64,000 nucleotides of DNA from Bugula neritina (GCA_964035545.1 OZ037771.1:1871628-1935627); one strand, 5' to 3'; counted from the first letter of the stretch, positions 1 to 13,954 are shown. Program-made: numbers and translations. Notes: generated from the sequence alone by a model not told the origin.

Positions 1-379
1 GGTAAACATAAAAGTTGTTGTATTTATTATTAAAAATGTAATTAATTGGTACTGATTCATAAGCAATATTAAAGTTGAAGAAAATAAATGTCAATATGGT
101 GAAAAATGCAAATAATGAAATATTAACTTTTTGGTGTAAGGCTAGATTTCTGTTTGAGTATGGAAGCCGTGTTTGAATCAGAAAACTGTATTATTCTACA
201 TTTATTTTAGTAATTTTCCAGATAGTTATTCTGAAGTTTTATTATTCTGCTTTAGTTTTGACATCAATAAAATAGTAAAGTCTAGTTTAGGAGTAAGCAA
301 GCATAGTATACATATCTGATGGATAGAGGTCACGTGTTTAATTTATTGTACTTTATTTTTACAGATATATATTGAAATC

Positions 380-784
380 ATGAGAACTCCACCTAGACAG
401 AGAGCAGACAACTCTTGTCCCTGTATCAAGCAGAAAATAAAAGATCAAAGGCAAACAATATTGGATATTGGCTCAGAGAGAATACATAAACTAAATGCTA
501 AAGACAGAAATCTCCATAAAAGGCTGGTAGTACTCAAAGCCCTAAAACTAGTAAACTGTCTGCCAGCAAAAACTTTTCAAAAGCAACTGTTGGCTGTTTG
601 CCTGGAGGTGGGGGTGTGCTTGCACACTGGCAGAAACCCCCCTCTACCAGAAATCAGAAGAGCACCAGCTATTGAGACTAATACTACTGCAGCTGAAGAA
701 CCAGCTTTAGATATATTTGTTGATGATGACACAGTAGCTTCTGTCCTTGAAGACCTTGATGAGTTCTCAGAAAGCTATGAGTGA
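380..784 (+). CDS. SERTA-domain-like protein, type A copy 1 (134 aa)
   Basis: Intact ORF with a splice acceptor (ttttttacag) just before the ATG. QRQTILDIGSERIHKLNAKDRNLHKRLVVLKALKLV matches SERTA spacing without gaps, by eye. It has CxC and CxH motifs and an acidic C-terminus, and is conserved in 3 copies. Confidence 0.8.
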   Translation: MRTPPRQRADNSCPCIKQKIKDQRQTILDIGSERIHKLNAKDRNLHKRLVVLKALKLVNCLPAKTFQKQLLAVCLEVGVCLHTGRNPPLPEIRRAPAIETNTTAAEEPALDIFVDDDTVASVLEDLDEFSESYE

Positions 785-1079
785 TAGTTGACTATCTTAA
801 TCAGATAAAGGAAATGTGCTCTCCTGCACATATAATATGATACAATAGATTTATACTTAATTATTATCTCCTCCTGTTCCAACTACAGATGAGCTCTTAT
901 TTATGCTGCTTTTATGTATGACTACATACACTGTGTTTCTTTTACTAATAAATGAATATAAATATTCATATATGTTTTATAAACACTTTATACTTGATGG
1001 GCAGGTGCTTAACTAAAAGAAGCTAATGCTAGTATATATGCAAAACAATTTCACTTATATAACTAATCACTATTTTTTC

Positions 1080-1169
1080 ATATATATAGATGAAGAAACT
1101 GTATCTTCAGTACTGAAAGGTCTTGCAGAGTTTTTTGCAAGGTTGAAGTGCCAGTTTACCATCTTATAG
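1080..1169 (+). pseudogene. Relic duplicate of the type A C-terminal coding segment
   Basis: Translates as IYIDEETVSSVLKGLAEFFARLKCQFTIL, versus the A end IFVDDDTVASVLEDLDEFSESYE**LTIL. Also present at ~7485-7570 and ~21683-21772. Confidence 0.6.
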
Positions 1170-1604
1170 TGTTTCAAATAAATAATAACTTGCACTCTCT
1201 TTTATGTTAATATATTCAGTTATACTAATTACTATTATAGGCTTTAAACCTGTTCATTAGCATTCTAAATGTCTTATTCTACCAGAAATGGGAAATTATA
1301 GCCTGACTGCTAATGATGAGAAAGAAATAGGGACTAAATTTTACAAATGAATTTATTCTCAAAGTGAACAGAGCCATCTGTTAAATACAATTTATATTTC
1401 CCAGCATATAAAAGACTGCAACTCTACATACATATACCAGTTACATAATATATGAATATAATCTTCTCAAAACACAGGAAAAGGACAGAATACATAAAAA
1501 CATTTAGAAAGAAATGGAGAGGGAAGTTGTAGATCAAAGTTTATTTACAGGCGAATGTTGTGAAGAGTTAAATCTTTCTGCATATGTTAGTTCAAGCTGG
1601 TGGC

Positions 1605-2147
1605 TCACTGATTAATTACATAGTCTAACATAGACAGTATGGCTTCATCACTTTCAGGATCATCATGTAAAGGTGTGTGAGTTGTGTCCCCAGCACTGGG
1701 TGTAGAATCACCAGCATTACTTGCATTCCCTGCAGTATTTGGTTGGTTATTAGCATGTCCATTAAGGTCATGACCCTCAAGATAGTTACTGTGCACAGCT
1801 TGACTTCCACTTTGACCCTCTTGTCTTTCTAGCTCTTCATTTTGGCCATCTTGTACTCTACTTCCTTCACCATTGTTTGAAGAATTTGAAGGAAGGACAT
1901 GGGAACACAATCCTTCTTCTGGACACATTTTCAAAAACTGCTTTCTAAAGCGAGATTTGGACAAGAAGTGAATTCTGCAGAGAGTGTTACGAAGAATCAA
2001 TTGTTTTTGCAAGTTTTTATCCTTTGCTTTGAGCTCTTCAAAATTCTCCATTCCTAGTTCAAACCATTGCTTTCGTCTTTTCTCTATCTTCCTCTTGATG
2101 CAAAAACAAGAGCGGTTGCCTCTGTTTCTTCTAATGGTGACTCTCAT
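1605..2147 (-). CDS. SERTA-domain-like protein, type B copy 1 (180 aa)
   Basis: Intact ORF with an acceptor just upstream of the ATG (tttatag|gtaaaaaATG). Core RRKQWFELGMENFEELKAKDKNLQKQLILRNTLCRIH is SERTA-like; CFC and CSH motifs; acidic tail ending DEAILSMLDYVINQ. Confidence 0.8.
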   Translation of the reverse strand: MRVTIRRNRGNRSCFCIKRKIEKRRKQWFELGMENFEELKAKDKNLQKQLILRNTLCRIHFLSKSRFRKQFLKMCPEEGLCSHVLPSNSSNNGEGSRVQDGQNEELERQEGQSGSQAVHSNYLEGHDLNGHANNQPNTAGNASNAGDSTPSAGDTTHTPLHDDPESDEAILSMLDYVINQ

Positions 2148-2201
2148 TTTTTACCTATAAATGAAGACATAATATAAGTTTAAGGTTTTTTACTGCTTTG
2201 A

Positions 2202-2203
<2 letters not shown>

Positions 2204-2273
<70 letters not shown>
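2204..2273. repeat. (GT)n microsatellite, ~35 units, in the inferred 5'-UTR intron of B1
   Basis: Directly visible in the sequence. Confidence 0.98.
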
Positions 2274-2275
<2 letters not shown>

Positions 2276-4733
2276 TAAAAGTGAGAGTGTGAGAAAGTGT
2301 CATAGTTTAAACAGAACCAATTAAATTATAGTGCAATTAAATCATGTATTGGAAGAGTGAAGCCCAGGCTAGCATGGTCAAATTCAAAGTAGGTAGAGAA
2401 AGGTACTCAGCTGGTGTATTTGACTTGTAAAATGAAACTCAACTCTAACTTCAAACATGAGAATATTCTCAATTCAGAATGAAATAATTTTATGAAACAA
2501 TACACTTTTCACTGTTTTGCCAGTAGTCGTTTAAAAAAATCATCATGTTTTGTATTTGGAAAACTTAAACACAAAGACAAGTTTACCATCAATGAATTTT
2601 AAAAAGAGAATTACAATTTTAACTATATTTTTATAGTCAGTGTTTCAAATCTTTCCATAAAAAAACTTGGATAATTCATAGCACTCTTACCTTGTTAGAA
2701 GCACTCACTATATTCAACCAAATATAATGTTTTATATTCAAATTGGGTCCTTTTTACCAACTCTTATTGAGTATTCTCTGTATTTCAGATCTGTTAGACA
2801 GTGGGAACACAACCTGCTTCTACCAAAACATAGATACAATTGATGGTGGTGGTAAATTTCTGATAATCTCTTGGCTTTATTAGTAGTTAAAGCTTTCTAT
2901 TGTATTTACTTGAATAGACTCTTTATAAAATAGCTTTTCCATAATGCAATTTTTTCATCATAATTGTAGCAAATAAAGCTAAAATAAAGTCGGTTTATCC
3001 ATCTTATAATAGTAATGATGTTTTAATTAGATTTTCTCAATTGATAAAAAAAATCCTGCAATAAAACATCTTTTAACTATCCAATATCATTTAAGTTTTT
3101 ATAGTGTTACAAAATGTGCTTTATTATATTTATTTTTATAACCTGTCACATAACCCTTCTCTATAAATTAAGTTACATTATATACAATACAATAGTCTAT
3201 ACATACAACCCATAGTTAACTGGTATGTTTTTTCAATGAAAATGAATACATTATAAATTTGAGAAGTTTATATTTTTGCAAACAAGTAGCCCAACGGTAA
3301 TAATATCTTAACTAAAATTTATGTAATCTAGAAGATTAATTGTGTAAAAACTTGAAGATTTAAAAAAATCCATTTTGTTTTGAATTATAACTCAAAATAG
3401 TATATTGTATATTCCAATATACTATATTATTATTAGATTTATGCAGTAGCTTCAGAAATATATACATGTAATACAGAAGCATAATTTGCACTTGTCTTCT
3501 GCTGTTAAAACACAGAGCTAAATGTATATATCTTTATAATGCACTGCTATGCAATGGAATATTATCTAACCAATGCGCTAGCTTTTAATATTGCACCAAC
3601 TATCAAACTTTGAACAAGTTGTAATTTTAGTCAATGCACAGTTTGTACAAAATATGATTTTCCACACAAAAACTCAAATCAAATTAAATGCATGTTTTAC
3701 GGAAGCTCTAAGAGGTGTAAAACATTTACTACGCATAAAGAAAATTTTTTTAGATTTAAAATGTTTATTTATCCAGAACTATATTGTATTTTGAAGCAAT
3801 AGAAGCTGCTTTAAATTATATAAAACAATCCTATATATTATGTTGTATGCTCTTTGTGCTTAAATATAAAATAATTTCTGATTGGTCTTGCCCTTATCAA
3901 ACTAATAAGATTAACTAACAACTGAAGTTAAAAAGTTTACTTTTTTACTATAAGTAAAAGCTTTGCATGAGAAAGAAATTAAACACTCCAGTTTTGGAGG
4001 TCGTTTGCTCTATGCTTGTAATAATTTTATTATGTTGTTATGCTTTATTTGTAACAAAACTTTAGCTGGTGTCAACTTTTATTAAATACGCTTGCAGAAC
4101 CTTCATTGACCTATTATACCGTTTTATTTGATGATCGGATTATTACCCTAATTATGTAAGATGTTGTAACTTAGTTTATGAAAAGGAAATCAGAATAGAA
4201 TGTCTGCTAGGGTTATGCTGCAAATGCATGACTAGGCCACCATGTTGAATAAATAAAATAGTTGGGGTAGCATTTAATATTTTTTTCGAAAATATATTAA
4301 AATTGATAGTTAATTGTACAGATTTAAATACAACTGGTTTTAATAAATTTAATTGGTGTTTTGCATGTGTTTTACTCCTTGAAAACTGGTATCAAAAGTG
4401 AAATTGTGATTTGTCCTGGGAATGACAGAATATTTGGCTTTCTAGTGCTTTACTGCAAATGTCTACTTTATGCAAAATCATACTTTTAGAAAGTAATATT
4501 ATTCGGTACATTATAGTTAGATTTTCCAAAATTTATTGCAGTTTAAAAGAATTAATTGTAAATGTGTAAATACAATAAATGAAGTAAAAGGAAAATGTGT
4601 CAAGTTACACAATATAATGAGATAAGAACATTTATCAAGACAGCAGGTTAAATTAGTAAAATTATTTACACCAAAATTTAAAACTAGTATTAGTGCTACA
4701 AATATAATTATTTATATCTTGGTAAGTTGTATT

Positions 4734-5351
4734 TTAAAGTGTCTGAAGATATTGTTCCAGGAAGTCTGTAGCTCTCTTACATTCATCATCATTATTGAAA
4801 GCTTGAGGGAACTCATTAGAGCCAACAGAGCTAGGCAAGAGAACATCGTGAGTAAAATTATTACTGTTGTTACTTTCTTCCATCTCTTGTATGATATTAT
4901 GAAGATCTCCCTCTTGGCCATTATCAGTGCAACTCTGTTCACCAGAGTAACCACTGGGGTTCTGTTCTTCAAGATAATTACTAAAGCTCTCCAATTCAAG
5001 GCTAATCTCACTGTTATACTCCATTTGACCTTCCCCTTGATCTTCATTGACTTCACTTTCATCATCACTACTCTGTGCTTCAAAAGATGTGAGCACATGG
5101 GTGCACAACCCTTCTTCTGGGTGCATCTCTAAATATTGCTTTCGAAAATTGGACTTAGACAGCAGCTTTATGTTGTTTCTTGTTCTACGAATTGCCAACT
5201 GTTTTCGTAGGTCTCTCTTCTTTTTCTTCAGCACTTTCAGATTCTCTTTTCCAAGTTTCAGAAGTTGGTTTCTTTTCTCGGCCATTTTGTAGTCAATGCA
5301 AGCACATGCACTGCTACCATCTGCCCAGCTTCTTCTAATAACAACCCTCAT
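4734..5351 (-). CDS. SERTA-domain-like protein, type C copy 1 (205 aa)
   Basis: The ORF-track start at 5378 lies in an intron; the acceptor tttatttcag|atacaact precedes the ATG at 5351 (MRVVIRR, homologous to B MRVTIRR). CAC and CTH motifs; long acidic tail ending DFLEQYLQTL. Confidence 0.8.
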   Translation of the reverse strand: MRVVIRRSWADGSSACACIDYKMAEKRNQLLKLGKENLKVLKKKKRDLRKQLAIRRTRNNIKLLSKSNFRKQYLEMHPEEGLCTHVLTSFEAQSSDDESEVNEDQGEGQMEYNSEISLELESFSNYLEEQNPSGYSGEQSCTDNGQEGDLHNIIQEMEESNNSNNFTHDVLLPSSVGSNEFPQAFNNDDECKRATDFLEQYLQTL

Positions 5352-5687
5352 AGTTGTATCTGAAATAAAAACCCACACATATGATATTTACAGAAATGAC
5401 TACACTGTTTCTGTGCTAAAGAAAAGTTACAAACTGTAATATATGCTACCCTCAGCCAAATAATACACTTTTGTTTAAAAAAATAAAAAAATATTTACTA
5501 TCATAGTCTTACTTTCTTATTTTTATTCAAAATTGTGGAATGAAAGCAAATTTTTCATGCAATAATAAATTTATATTTCACATAAAATATAGTTTTTATG
5601 TAAATAACTTGAATATGTCATAAAAAATTTTGTTCAACTTAAGTAATTATGCATCAATTACTAGATTTTAAAATGAATTAGACGTAC

Positions 5688-6250
5688 CTGTACAGAATTG
5701 GTAGCTGTAGTTGTATAGTAAGATTTTCCAATCAAAAGAGTTTCTTTATCTAACTGATACTGAGGAATGCAAAAATGAAAGCTTCTTGTTGAAACTGAGA
5801 GCACAACTTACTTCTACAAAAGCAAAGTGTAAAATGACTTCAAATAATATGCTGGAACAGCTAAGTAATCATATTTAATAATCCTCAAGGCTTTTCTATT
5901 GTGTGAGAGCTATCTGGTAATTCAAAGTATTTTATAATAAAAAAGAAATACCTTTAGTACACTGTAAAGCCTGTAAAATATAAGCTTGAAGTGTAATTAA
6001 ATGATTGTAAGCTGTAAATTACCTGAATGTAAAGATGAAACTATTGTGTAGATAGCTAAGGGATTAAGTAAGAGTTCTTGGAACTGCTAAAACTTTTAAA
6101 CTGGGCTGTCATTTTCAGACCAGAACTGGTGCCAGCAAGTTGGTAACTCTTATTAGCTCGGCTCATTTAACTGCTACAGTTTCAAGAAGCTCTTTGTGAT
6201 AAACTTACTTATAACTACCAGTGCAGTCACTGAATTTCTGTTTTGTCAAG
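5688..6250. promoter_or_regulatory. Candidate bidirectional promoter and 5'-UTR exons of head-to-head genes C1 and A2
   Basis: Outward-facing splice donors: minus strand cag|gtacgt at 5687 and plus strand aag|gtaggt at 6251. They pair with acceptors before each ATG (5361-5360; 6771-6772). Both donors are conserved in unit 2. Confidence 0.45.
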
Positions 6251-6787
6251 GTAGGTAGAAGTTACCTCAACTTATTTAATATATCCTAAAAAAGTAAAAC
6301 TACACAGAGTTGATGTAAGTATAGTTTATATCAACAGAAATTTTAAAATAATGGAGGAGAATTCTTTTGAAATAAGCTTTTCAACATACGGTAAACATGA
6401 AAGTTGTTGTATTTGTTATTAAACATGTAAATCATTATAGTACTGATTCATAAGCAATATTAAATTTAAATAAAATAAATGTCAATATGGTGGAAAATGC
6501 AAATAATGAAATCTTAACTTGTTGGTGTAAGGCTAGATTTCTGTTTGAGTATGGAAGCCATGTTCGAATTAGTTGATTGTAAAAATTTACTTATATTATA
6601 AACACCTTCATTTCAGTAATTTTTCAGATAGTTTTTCTGAAGTATATATTATTCTGCTTGAGTTTTGACGGATCAATTAACTTTAAATTCTGTTTTAAGA
6701 ATAAGCAAACATGGTATACACATCTGATGGATAAAGGTCACGTGTTTAATTTATTGTACTCTATTTTTACAGATATATATTGAAATC

Positions 6788-7177
6788 ATGAGAACACCAC
6801 CTAGACAGAGAGCAGACAACTCTTGTCCCTGTGTCAAGCAGAAAATAAAAGATAAAAGGCAAGCAATATTGGATATTGGCTCAGAGAGAATACATAAACT
6901 AAATGCTAAAAATAGAAATCTCCATAAAAGGCTGGTAGTACTCAAAGCCCTAAAACTAGTGAACCGTCTGCCAGCAAAAACTTTCCAAAAGCAACTGTTG
7001 GCTGTTTGCCCAGAGGTGGGGGTGTGCTTGCACACTGGCAGGAACCCTCCTCTACCAGAAATCAGAGGAGCACCAGCTATTGAGCCTATTACTGCAGCTG
7101 AAGAGTCAGTTTTAGATATACTTGTTGATGACGACACAGTAGCTTCTGTCCTTGAAGACTTTGATGAGTTCTCATAA
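6788..7177 (+). CDS. SERTA-domain-like protein, type A copy 2 (129 aa, stop 4 codons early)
   Basis: Paralogue of A1. A GAA>TAA change truncates ESYE, and the original agctatgagtga still follows. Confidence 0.75.
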   Translation: MRTPPRQRADNSCPCVKQKIKDKRQAILDIGSERIHKLNAKNRNLHKRLVVLKALKLVNRLPAKTFQKQLLAVCPEVGVCLHTGRNPPLPEIRGAPAIEPITAAEESVLDILVDDDTVASVLEDFDEFS

Positions 7178-8008
7178 AGCTATGAGTGATAGTTGACTAT
7201 CTTAATCAGATAAAGGAGTTGTGCTCTTCTGTACATATAATATGATACAATAGATTTATACTTGATTATTATCTCCTCCTGTTCCAACTACAGATGAGCT
7301 CTTATTTATGCTGCTTATATGTATGACTACATGCACTGTGTTTCTTTTACTAATAAATGAATATAAATATTCATATATGTTTTATAAACACTTTATACTT
7401 GATGGGCAGGTGCTTAACTAAAAGAAGCTAATGCTAGTATATATGCAAAACAATTTCACTTATATAACTAATTATTATTTTTTCATATACATAGATGAAG
7501 AAACTGTATCTTCAGTACTGAAAGGTCTTGCAGAGTTTTTTGCAAGGTTGAATTGACAGCTTACCATCTTATAGTGTTTCAAATAAGTAATAACTTGCAC
7601 TCTCTTTTATGTTAATATATTCAGTTATACTAATTGTTATTACAGGCTTTAAACATATTCATTAGCATTTTAAATGTCTTGTTCTACCAGAAATGTGAAA
7701 TGATAACCTGACTGCTAATGATAAGAAAGAAAGAGTGACTGAATTTGGCAAATAAGTTTATTCTCAAAGTGAACAGAGCCATCTGTTAAATACAATTTAT
7801 ATTTTTCAGCATATAAAAGACTACAACTCTACATATATATACCAGTTACATATTATATGAATAGAATCTTCTAAAACACAGGAAAAGGACAGAATACATA
7901 AAAACATTTAGAAAGAAATGGGAAGGGAGTTTGTAAATTAAAGTTTAGTTAGAAGCTAATGTTGTGAAGAGTTGAATCTTTCTGCATATGTTAGCTCAGA
8001 CTGGTGGC

Positions 8009-8551
8009 TCACTGATTAATTAAATAGTCTAACATAGACAGTATGGCTTCATCACTTTCAGGATCATCATGTAAAGGTGTGTGAGTTGTCTCCTTAGCAC
8101 TGGGTGTAGAATAACCAGCATTACTTGCATTCCCTGCAGTATTTGGTTGGTTATTAGCATGTCCATTAAGGTCATGACCTTCAAGATGGTCACTGTGCAC
8201 AACCCGACTTCCACTTTGACTCTCTTGTCTTTCTAGCTCTTCATTTTGGCCATCTTGTACTCTACTTCCTTCACCATTGTTTGAAGAATTTGAAGGAAGG
8301 ACATGGGAACACAATCCTTCTTCTGGACACATTTTCAAAAACTGCTTTCTAAAGCGAGATTTGGACAAGAAGTGAATCCTGCAGAGGGTGTTACGAAGAA
8401 TCAATTGCTTTTGCAAGTTTTTATCTTTTGCTTTGAGCTCTTCAAAATTCTCCACCCCTAGTTCAAACCATTGCTTTCGTCTTTTCTCTATCTTCCTCTT
8501 GATGCAAAAACAAGAGCGATTGCCTCTGTTTCTTCTAATGGTGACTCTCAT
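8009..8551 (-). CDS. SERTA-domain-like protein, type B copy 2 (180 aa)
   Basis: Near-identical paralogue of B1 with an intact ORF. Confidence 0.8.
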   Translation of the reverse strand: MRVTIRRNRGNRSCFCIKRKIEKRRKQWFELGVENFEELKAKDKNLQKQLILRNTLCRIHFLSKSRFRKQFLKMCPEEGLCSHVLPSNSSNNGEGSRVQDGQNEELERQESQSGSRVVHSDHLEGHDLNGHANNQPNTAGNASNAGYSTPSAKETTHTPLHDDPESDEAILSMLDYLINQ

Positions 8552-8605
8552 TTTTTACCTATGAAATAATTTATCATTTAGGTTTGAGGTTTTTTACTGT
8601 TTCGA

Positions 8606-9289
<684 letters not shown>

Positions 9290-11316
9290 ATAGTTTAAAC
9301 AGAACCAATCAAAGTATGGTGCAATTAATTCATGTATTGTGAGAGTGAAACCCTGGCTATCATGGTCAAATTCAAAGTAGGTACAGAAATGTACTCAGCT
9401 TGTGTATGTGGCTTCTAAAAATAAGACTCAACTCTAACTTCAAACATGAAAATATTTTCAATTCAGAATGAAATAATTCTATGAAACAATACACTTTGCA
9501 CTGTTTTGCCAGTAGTCATTTTAAAAAAATCATCTTGCTTTGTATCTGGAAAACTTTAAAACAAAGACAACTTTAACATCAATTAAACTTAAAAAAGAAT
9601 TAAAATTTTACCTATACTTTTATAGTCAGTGTTTTAAATATTTCCATATAAAAACTTGGATAATTTGTAGCACTCTTACCTTGTTAGAAGCACTCACTGT
9701 ATTCAATCAGTTAAAATGTTTTATATTTAAAGGGTGTCCTTTTTACCAATTTTTACTGAGTATTCCCTGTATTTCAGATTTGTTAAAGAGTGGGAACACA
9801 ACCTGCTTCTACCAAAACATAGATACAAATGATGATGGTGGCAAAGTTCTGATAATCTTTTGGCTTTATTAGTAGTTGAAGCTTTCTGTTGTATTTACTT
9901 AAATAGGCTCTTTATAAAATAGCTTTTCCATAATGCAATTTTTCATCATAATTGTAGCAAATGAAGCTAAAATAATATCGGTTTATCCATTTTACAATAA
10001 CCGTGGTCTTTTGATTAAATTTTCTTAATTGATAAAAAAGTATTGTAATAAGACGCCTTTTAACTCCCCAATATTACGTAAGCTTTTATAGTGTTACAAA
10101 ATGTATTTTATTATATTTATTTCCATAATCTGTCATACTCTTCTCGACATTATATGTAATACAATAGTCTATACATACAGCCCATGATATTTGACTTTTA
10201 TGTTTTTGATAAAATTGAATTCATGTTGAATTTGAGAAGTTTGGTAATTTAGTATAACGATAATAATTTCCAAACTAAAATCCAAATGATCTAGGAGATT
10301 ATTTGTGCAAAAACTTGAAAATTTAAAAAAACACCCATTTTGCTTGGCATTATAACTCAAAGTAATATTTCGTATTCCAATATAATTTATTATTAGTATT
10401 ATTATTCCGTGGTGGCTTCAGAAATATATACATGTAATACAGAAACATAATTTGTAATTGGCTGCTGTTACAATATAGAGCTAAATGTATATATCTTTAT
10501 AATGCACTGCTATATAATAGAATATAATCTAACCAATGAGATAGCTTCCAATATTGCACCAACTATAACACTTTGAACAAGTTGTAATCTTAGTCAAAGC
10601 ACAGTATGTACAAAATATAATTTTTCTCACAAAAACTCAAGTCAAATTAAATGCATGTTTTATGGAAGCTCTAAGAGGTGTAAAAACATTTACTGCGCCT
10701 AAAGCAACATTTTTTAAACTAGAAATGCTTATTTATTTAAAGCCATATTATATTTTAAAGTAATAAAAACTGTTTCTATTTATATACAACAATCCTGAAT
10801 TATATTGTATGCTCTTTGTGCTTAAATATAAAATAATTTCTGATTGGTCTTGCCCTTATCAAACTAATAAGATGAACTACCAACTGAAGTTAAACAGTTT
10901 ACTTTCCTACTACAAGTAATAGCTTTGCATAAGCAAGTAATTAAACACTCCAGTTCTAGAGATAACTTGTTTTATATTCGTAATAATTTTTATTATGTTG
11001 TTATGCTTTATTTGTAACAAAAGTTTAGCTGGTGCATATTTTTAATGAGTATAGGCTTGTACACTTGCTTGTATATTATTCAGTATATAATTAGATTTTC
11101 TAAGATTTATTGAAGTTTAAAAGATTTAATTGTAGATGTGTAAATACAATAAATGAAGTAAAAGGAAAATGTGTCAAGTTACACAACATAAAGAGACATA
11201 AACATTTGTCAAGACAGCAGGTTAAATTAGTAAAATTATTTACACCAACATTTAAAACTAGTAATATTGTTATAAATATGCTTGCTTATATCTTGGTAAG
11301 TTGTATTTTAGAGTGT

Positions 11317-11929
11317 CTAAAGATATTGTTCCAGGAAGTCTGTAGCTCTATTACATTCATCTTCATCGGCATTGAAAGGTTGAGGGAACTCATTAGAGCT
11401 AACAGAGCTAGGCAAGAGAACATTGTTAGTAAAATTATCACTGTTGTTACATTCTTCCATCTCTTGTATGATACTATAAGGATCTCCTTCTTGGCCATTA
11501 TCAGTGCAACTCTGTTCACCAGAGTAATCACTGAGGTTCTGTTCTTCAAGATAATTACTAAAGCTCTCCAATTCAGGGCTAATCTCACTGTTATTCTCTA
11601 TTTGACCTTCACCTTGGTCTCCATTGACTTCACTTTCATCATCACTACTCTGTGCTTCAGAGGATGTGAGCACATGGGTGCACAACCCTTCTTCTGGGTG
11701 CATCTCTAAATATTGCTTTCGGAAATTGGACTTAGACAGCAGCTTTATATTGTTTCTTGTTCTACGAATTGCCAACTGTTTTCTTAGGTTTCTTTTCTTT
11801 TTTTTCAACACTTTCAGATTCTCTTTTCCAAGTTTCAGAAGTTGGTTTTCTTTTCTCTGCCATTTTGTAGTCAATGCACGCACATGCACTACTACCATCT
11901 GCCCAGCTTCTTCTAATAACAACCCTCAT
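11317..11929 (-). pseudogene. Type C copy 2, frameshifted
   Basis: An extra T (gttggttttc versus gttggtttc in C1) near 11846-11849 splits the CDS into ORF-track 11762..11956 and 11317..11922. A CAG>TAG change also stops it 3 codons early. The indel is in a homopolymer, so an assembly error is possible. Confidence 0.7.
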
Positions 11930-13396
11930 AGTAGTGTCTGAAATAAAAACCCACACAAATGATATTTACAGAAATGCTTAATACGTTTTTGTGTTAAAGA
12001 AAGTTTACAAACTGTAATATATGCTACCCTCAGCTAAATATTACACTTTTGTTTAAAACAATTAAAAAATATTTACTGCAACATCACTGTTATAAGAAAC
12101 TAAATCATAGTCTTACTTTCTTATTTTTATTCAAAATTGTGGAATGAAAACAAAAATTTCATGCAATGAAAAATTTATATTACACATAAAATATAGTTTT
12201 TATGTAAATAACTTGAACATGTCATAAAAAATTTTGTTTAAATTAGATAATTATACAACAATTCCTAGATTTTGAAATAAATTAGACATACCTGTACAGA
12301 ATTGGTAGCTGTAGTTGTAGTAAGATTTTCCAATCAAATAAGTTTCTTTATCTAACTGATACTGAGGAATGTAAACATTGAGGCTTCTTGTTGAAACTGA
12401 GAGTACAACTTACTTCTACAAAAGCAAAGTGTAAAATGACTTCAAATAAAATGCTGGAACAGCTAAGTAATCATATTGAATAATCCCAAAGCTTTCCTAT
12501 TGTGTGAGAGCTATCTGGTAATTCAAAGTATTTTATAAAACAAGAAATACTTGATAATTGATTAGGTGCACTGTAAAGCCTGTAAAAATAGAAGCTTGAA
12601 GTGTAATTAAATGATTGTAAGCTGTAAATTACAGTTTACAGATGAAACTATTGTGTAGATAGCTAAGAGATTAGGTAAGAGTTCTTGGAACTGCTAAAAC
12701 TTTTAAACTCGGCTGTCATTTTTAGACCAGAACTGGTGCCAGCAAGTTGGTAATTCTTATTAGCTCTACTCACCTAACTGCTACAGTTTCAAGAAACTCA
12801 TTGTGATAAACTTACTTATAACTGCCAGTCTAGTCACTGAATTTCTGTTTTGTCAAGGTAGGTGGAAGTTACCTTAATTTATTTAATATATCTTAAAAAA
12901 GTAAAACTACGCAGAGTTGATATAAGTACATTTTATATCAACAGAAATTTTAAAATAATGGAGGGAATTCTTTTGAAATAAGCTTTTCAACATATTATGG
13001 TAAACATAAAAGTTGTTGTATTTGTTATTAAACATGTAAATCATTATAGTACTGATTCATAAGCAATATTAAATTTAAATAAAATAAATGTCAATATGGT
13101 GGAAAATGCAAATAATGCAATCTTAACTTGTTGGTGTAAGGCTAGATTTCTGTTTGAGTATGGAAGCCATGTTTGAATTAGTAGATTGTAAAAATTTACT
13201 TATATTATAAACACCTTCATTTCAGTAGTTTTTCAGATAGTTTTTCTGAAGTATATATTATTCTGCTTGAGTTTTGACGTCAATTAACTTTAAATTCTGT
13301 TTTAAGAATAAGCAAGCATATAGTATACACATCTGATGGATAAAGGTATCGTGTTTAATTTATTGTACTCTATTTTTACAGATATATATTGAAATC

Positions 13397-13798
13397 ATGA
13401 GAACTCCACCTAGACAGAGAGCAGACAACTCTTGTCCCTGTATCAAGCAGAAAATAAAAGATAAAAGGCAAACAATATTGGATATTGGCTCAGAGAGAAT
13501 ACATAAACTAAATGCTAAAGATAGAAATCTCCATAAAAGGCTGGTAGTACTCAAAGCCCTAAAACTAGTGAACCGTCTGCCAGCAAAAACTTTTCAAAAG
13601 CAACTGTTGGCTGTTTGCCCGGAGGTGGGGGTGTGCTTGCACGCTGGCAGAAACCCCCCTCTACCAGAAATTAGAGAAGCACCAGCTATTGAGCCTATTA
13701 CTGCAGTTGAAGAAGCAGTTTTAGATATATTTATTGATGACGACACAGTAGCTTCTGTCTTTGAAGACCTTGATGAGTTTTCGGAAAGCTATGAGTGA
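13397..13798 (+). CDS. SERTA-domain-like protein, type A copy 3 (133 aa)
   Basis: Intact paralogue of A1 and A2 with the same upstream acceptor. Confidence 0.8.
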   Translation: MRTPPRQRADNSCPCIKQKIKDKRQTILDIGSERIHKLNAKDRNLHKRLVVLKALKLVNRLPAKTFQKQLLAVCPEVGVCLHAGRNPPLPEIREAPAIEPITAVEEAVLDIFIDDDTVASVFEDLDEFSESYE

Positions 13799-13954
13799 TA
13801 GTTGACTATCTTAATCAGATAAAGGAGTTGTGCTCTTCTGTACATATAATATGATACAATAGATTTATACTTGATTGTTGTCTCCTCCTGTTTCAACTAC
13901 AGATGAGCTCTTATGTATGCTGCTTTTATGTATGACTACATACACTGTGTGTCT

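Noticed and set aside
4712-5292. Overlapping and antisense ORFs over the SERTA-like genes (also 6751..7137, 11110..11709, 24847..25155)
   Set aside because: Shadow frames of the real CDSs; lengths are not conserved among paralogues and no motifs are recognisable.
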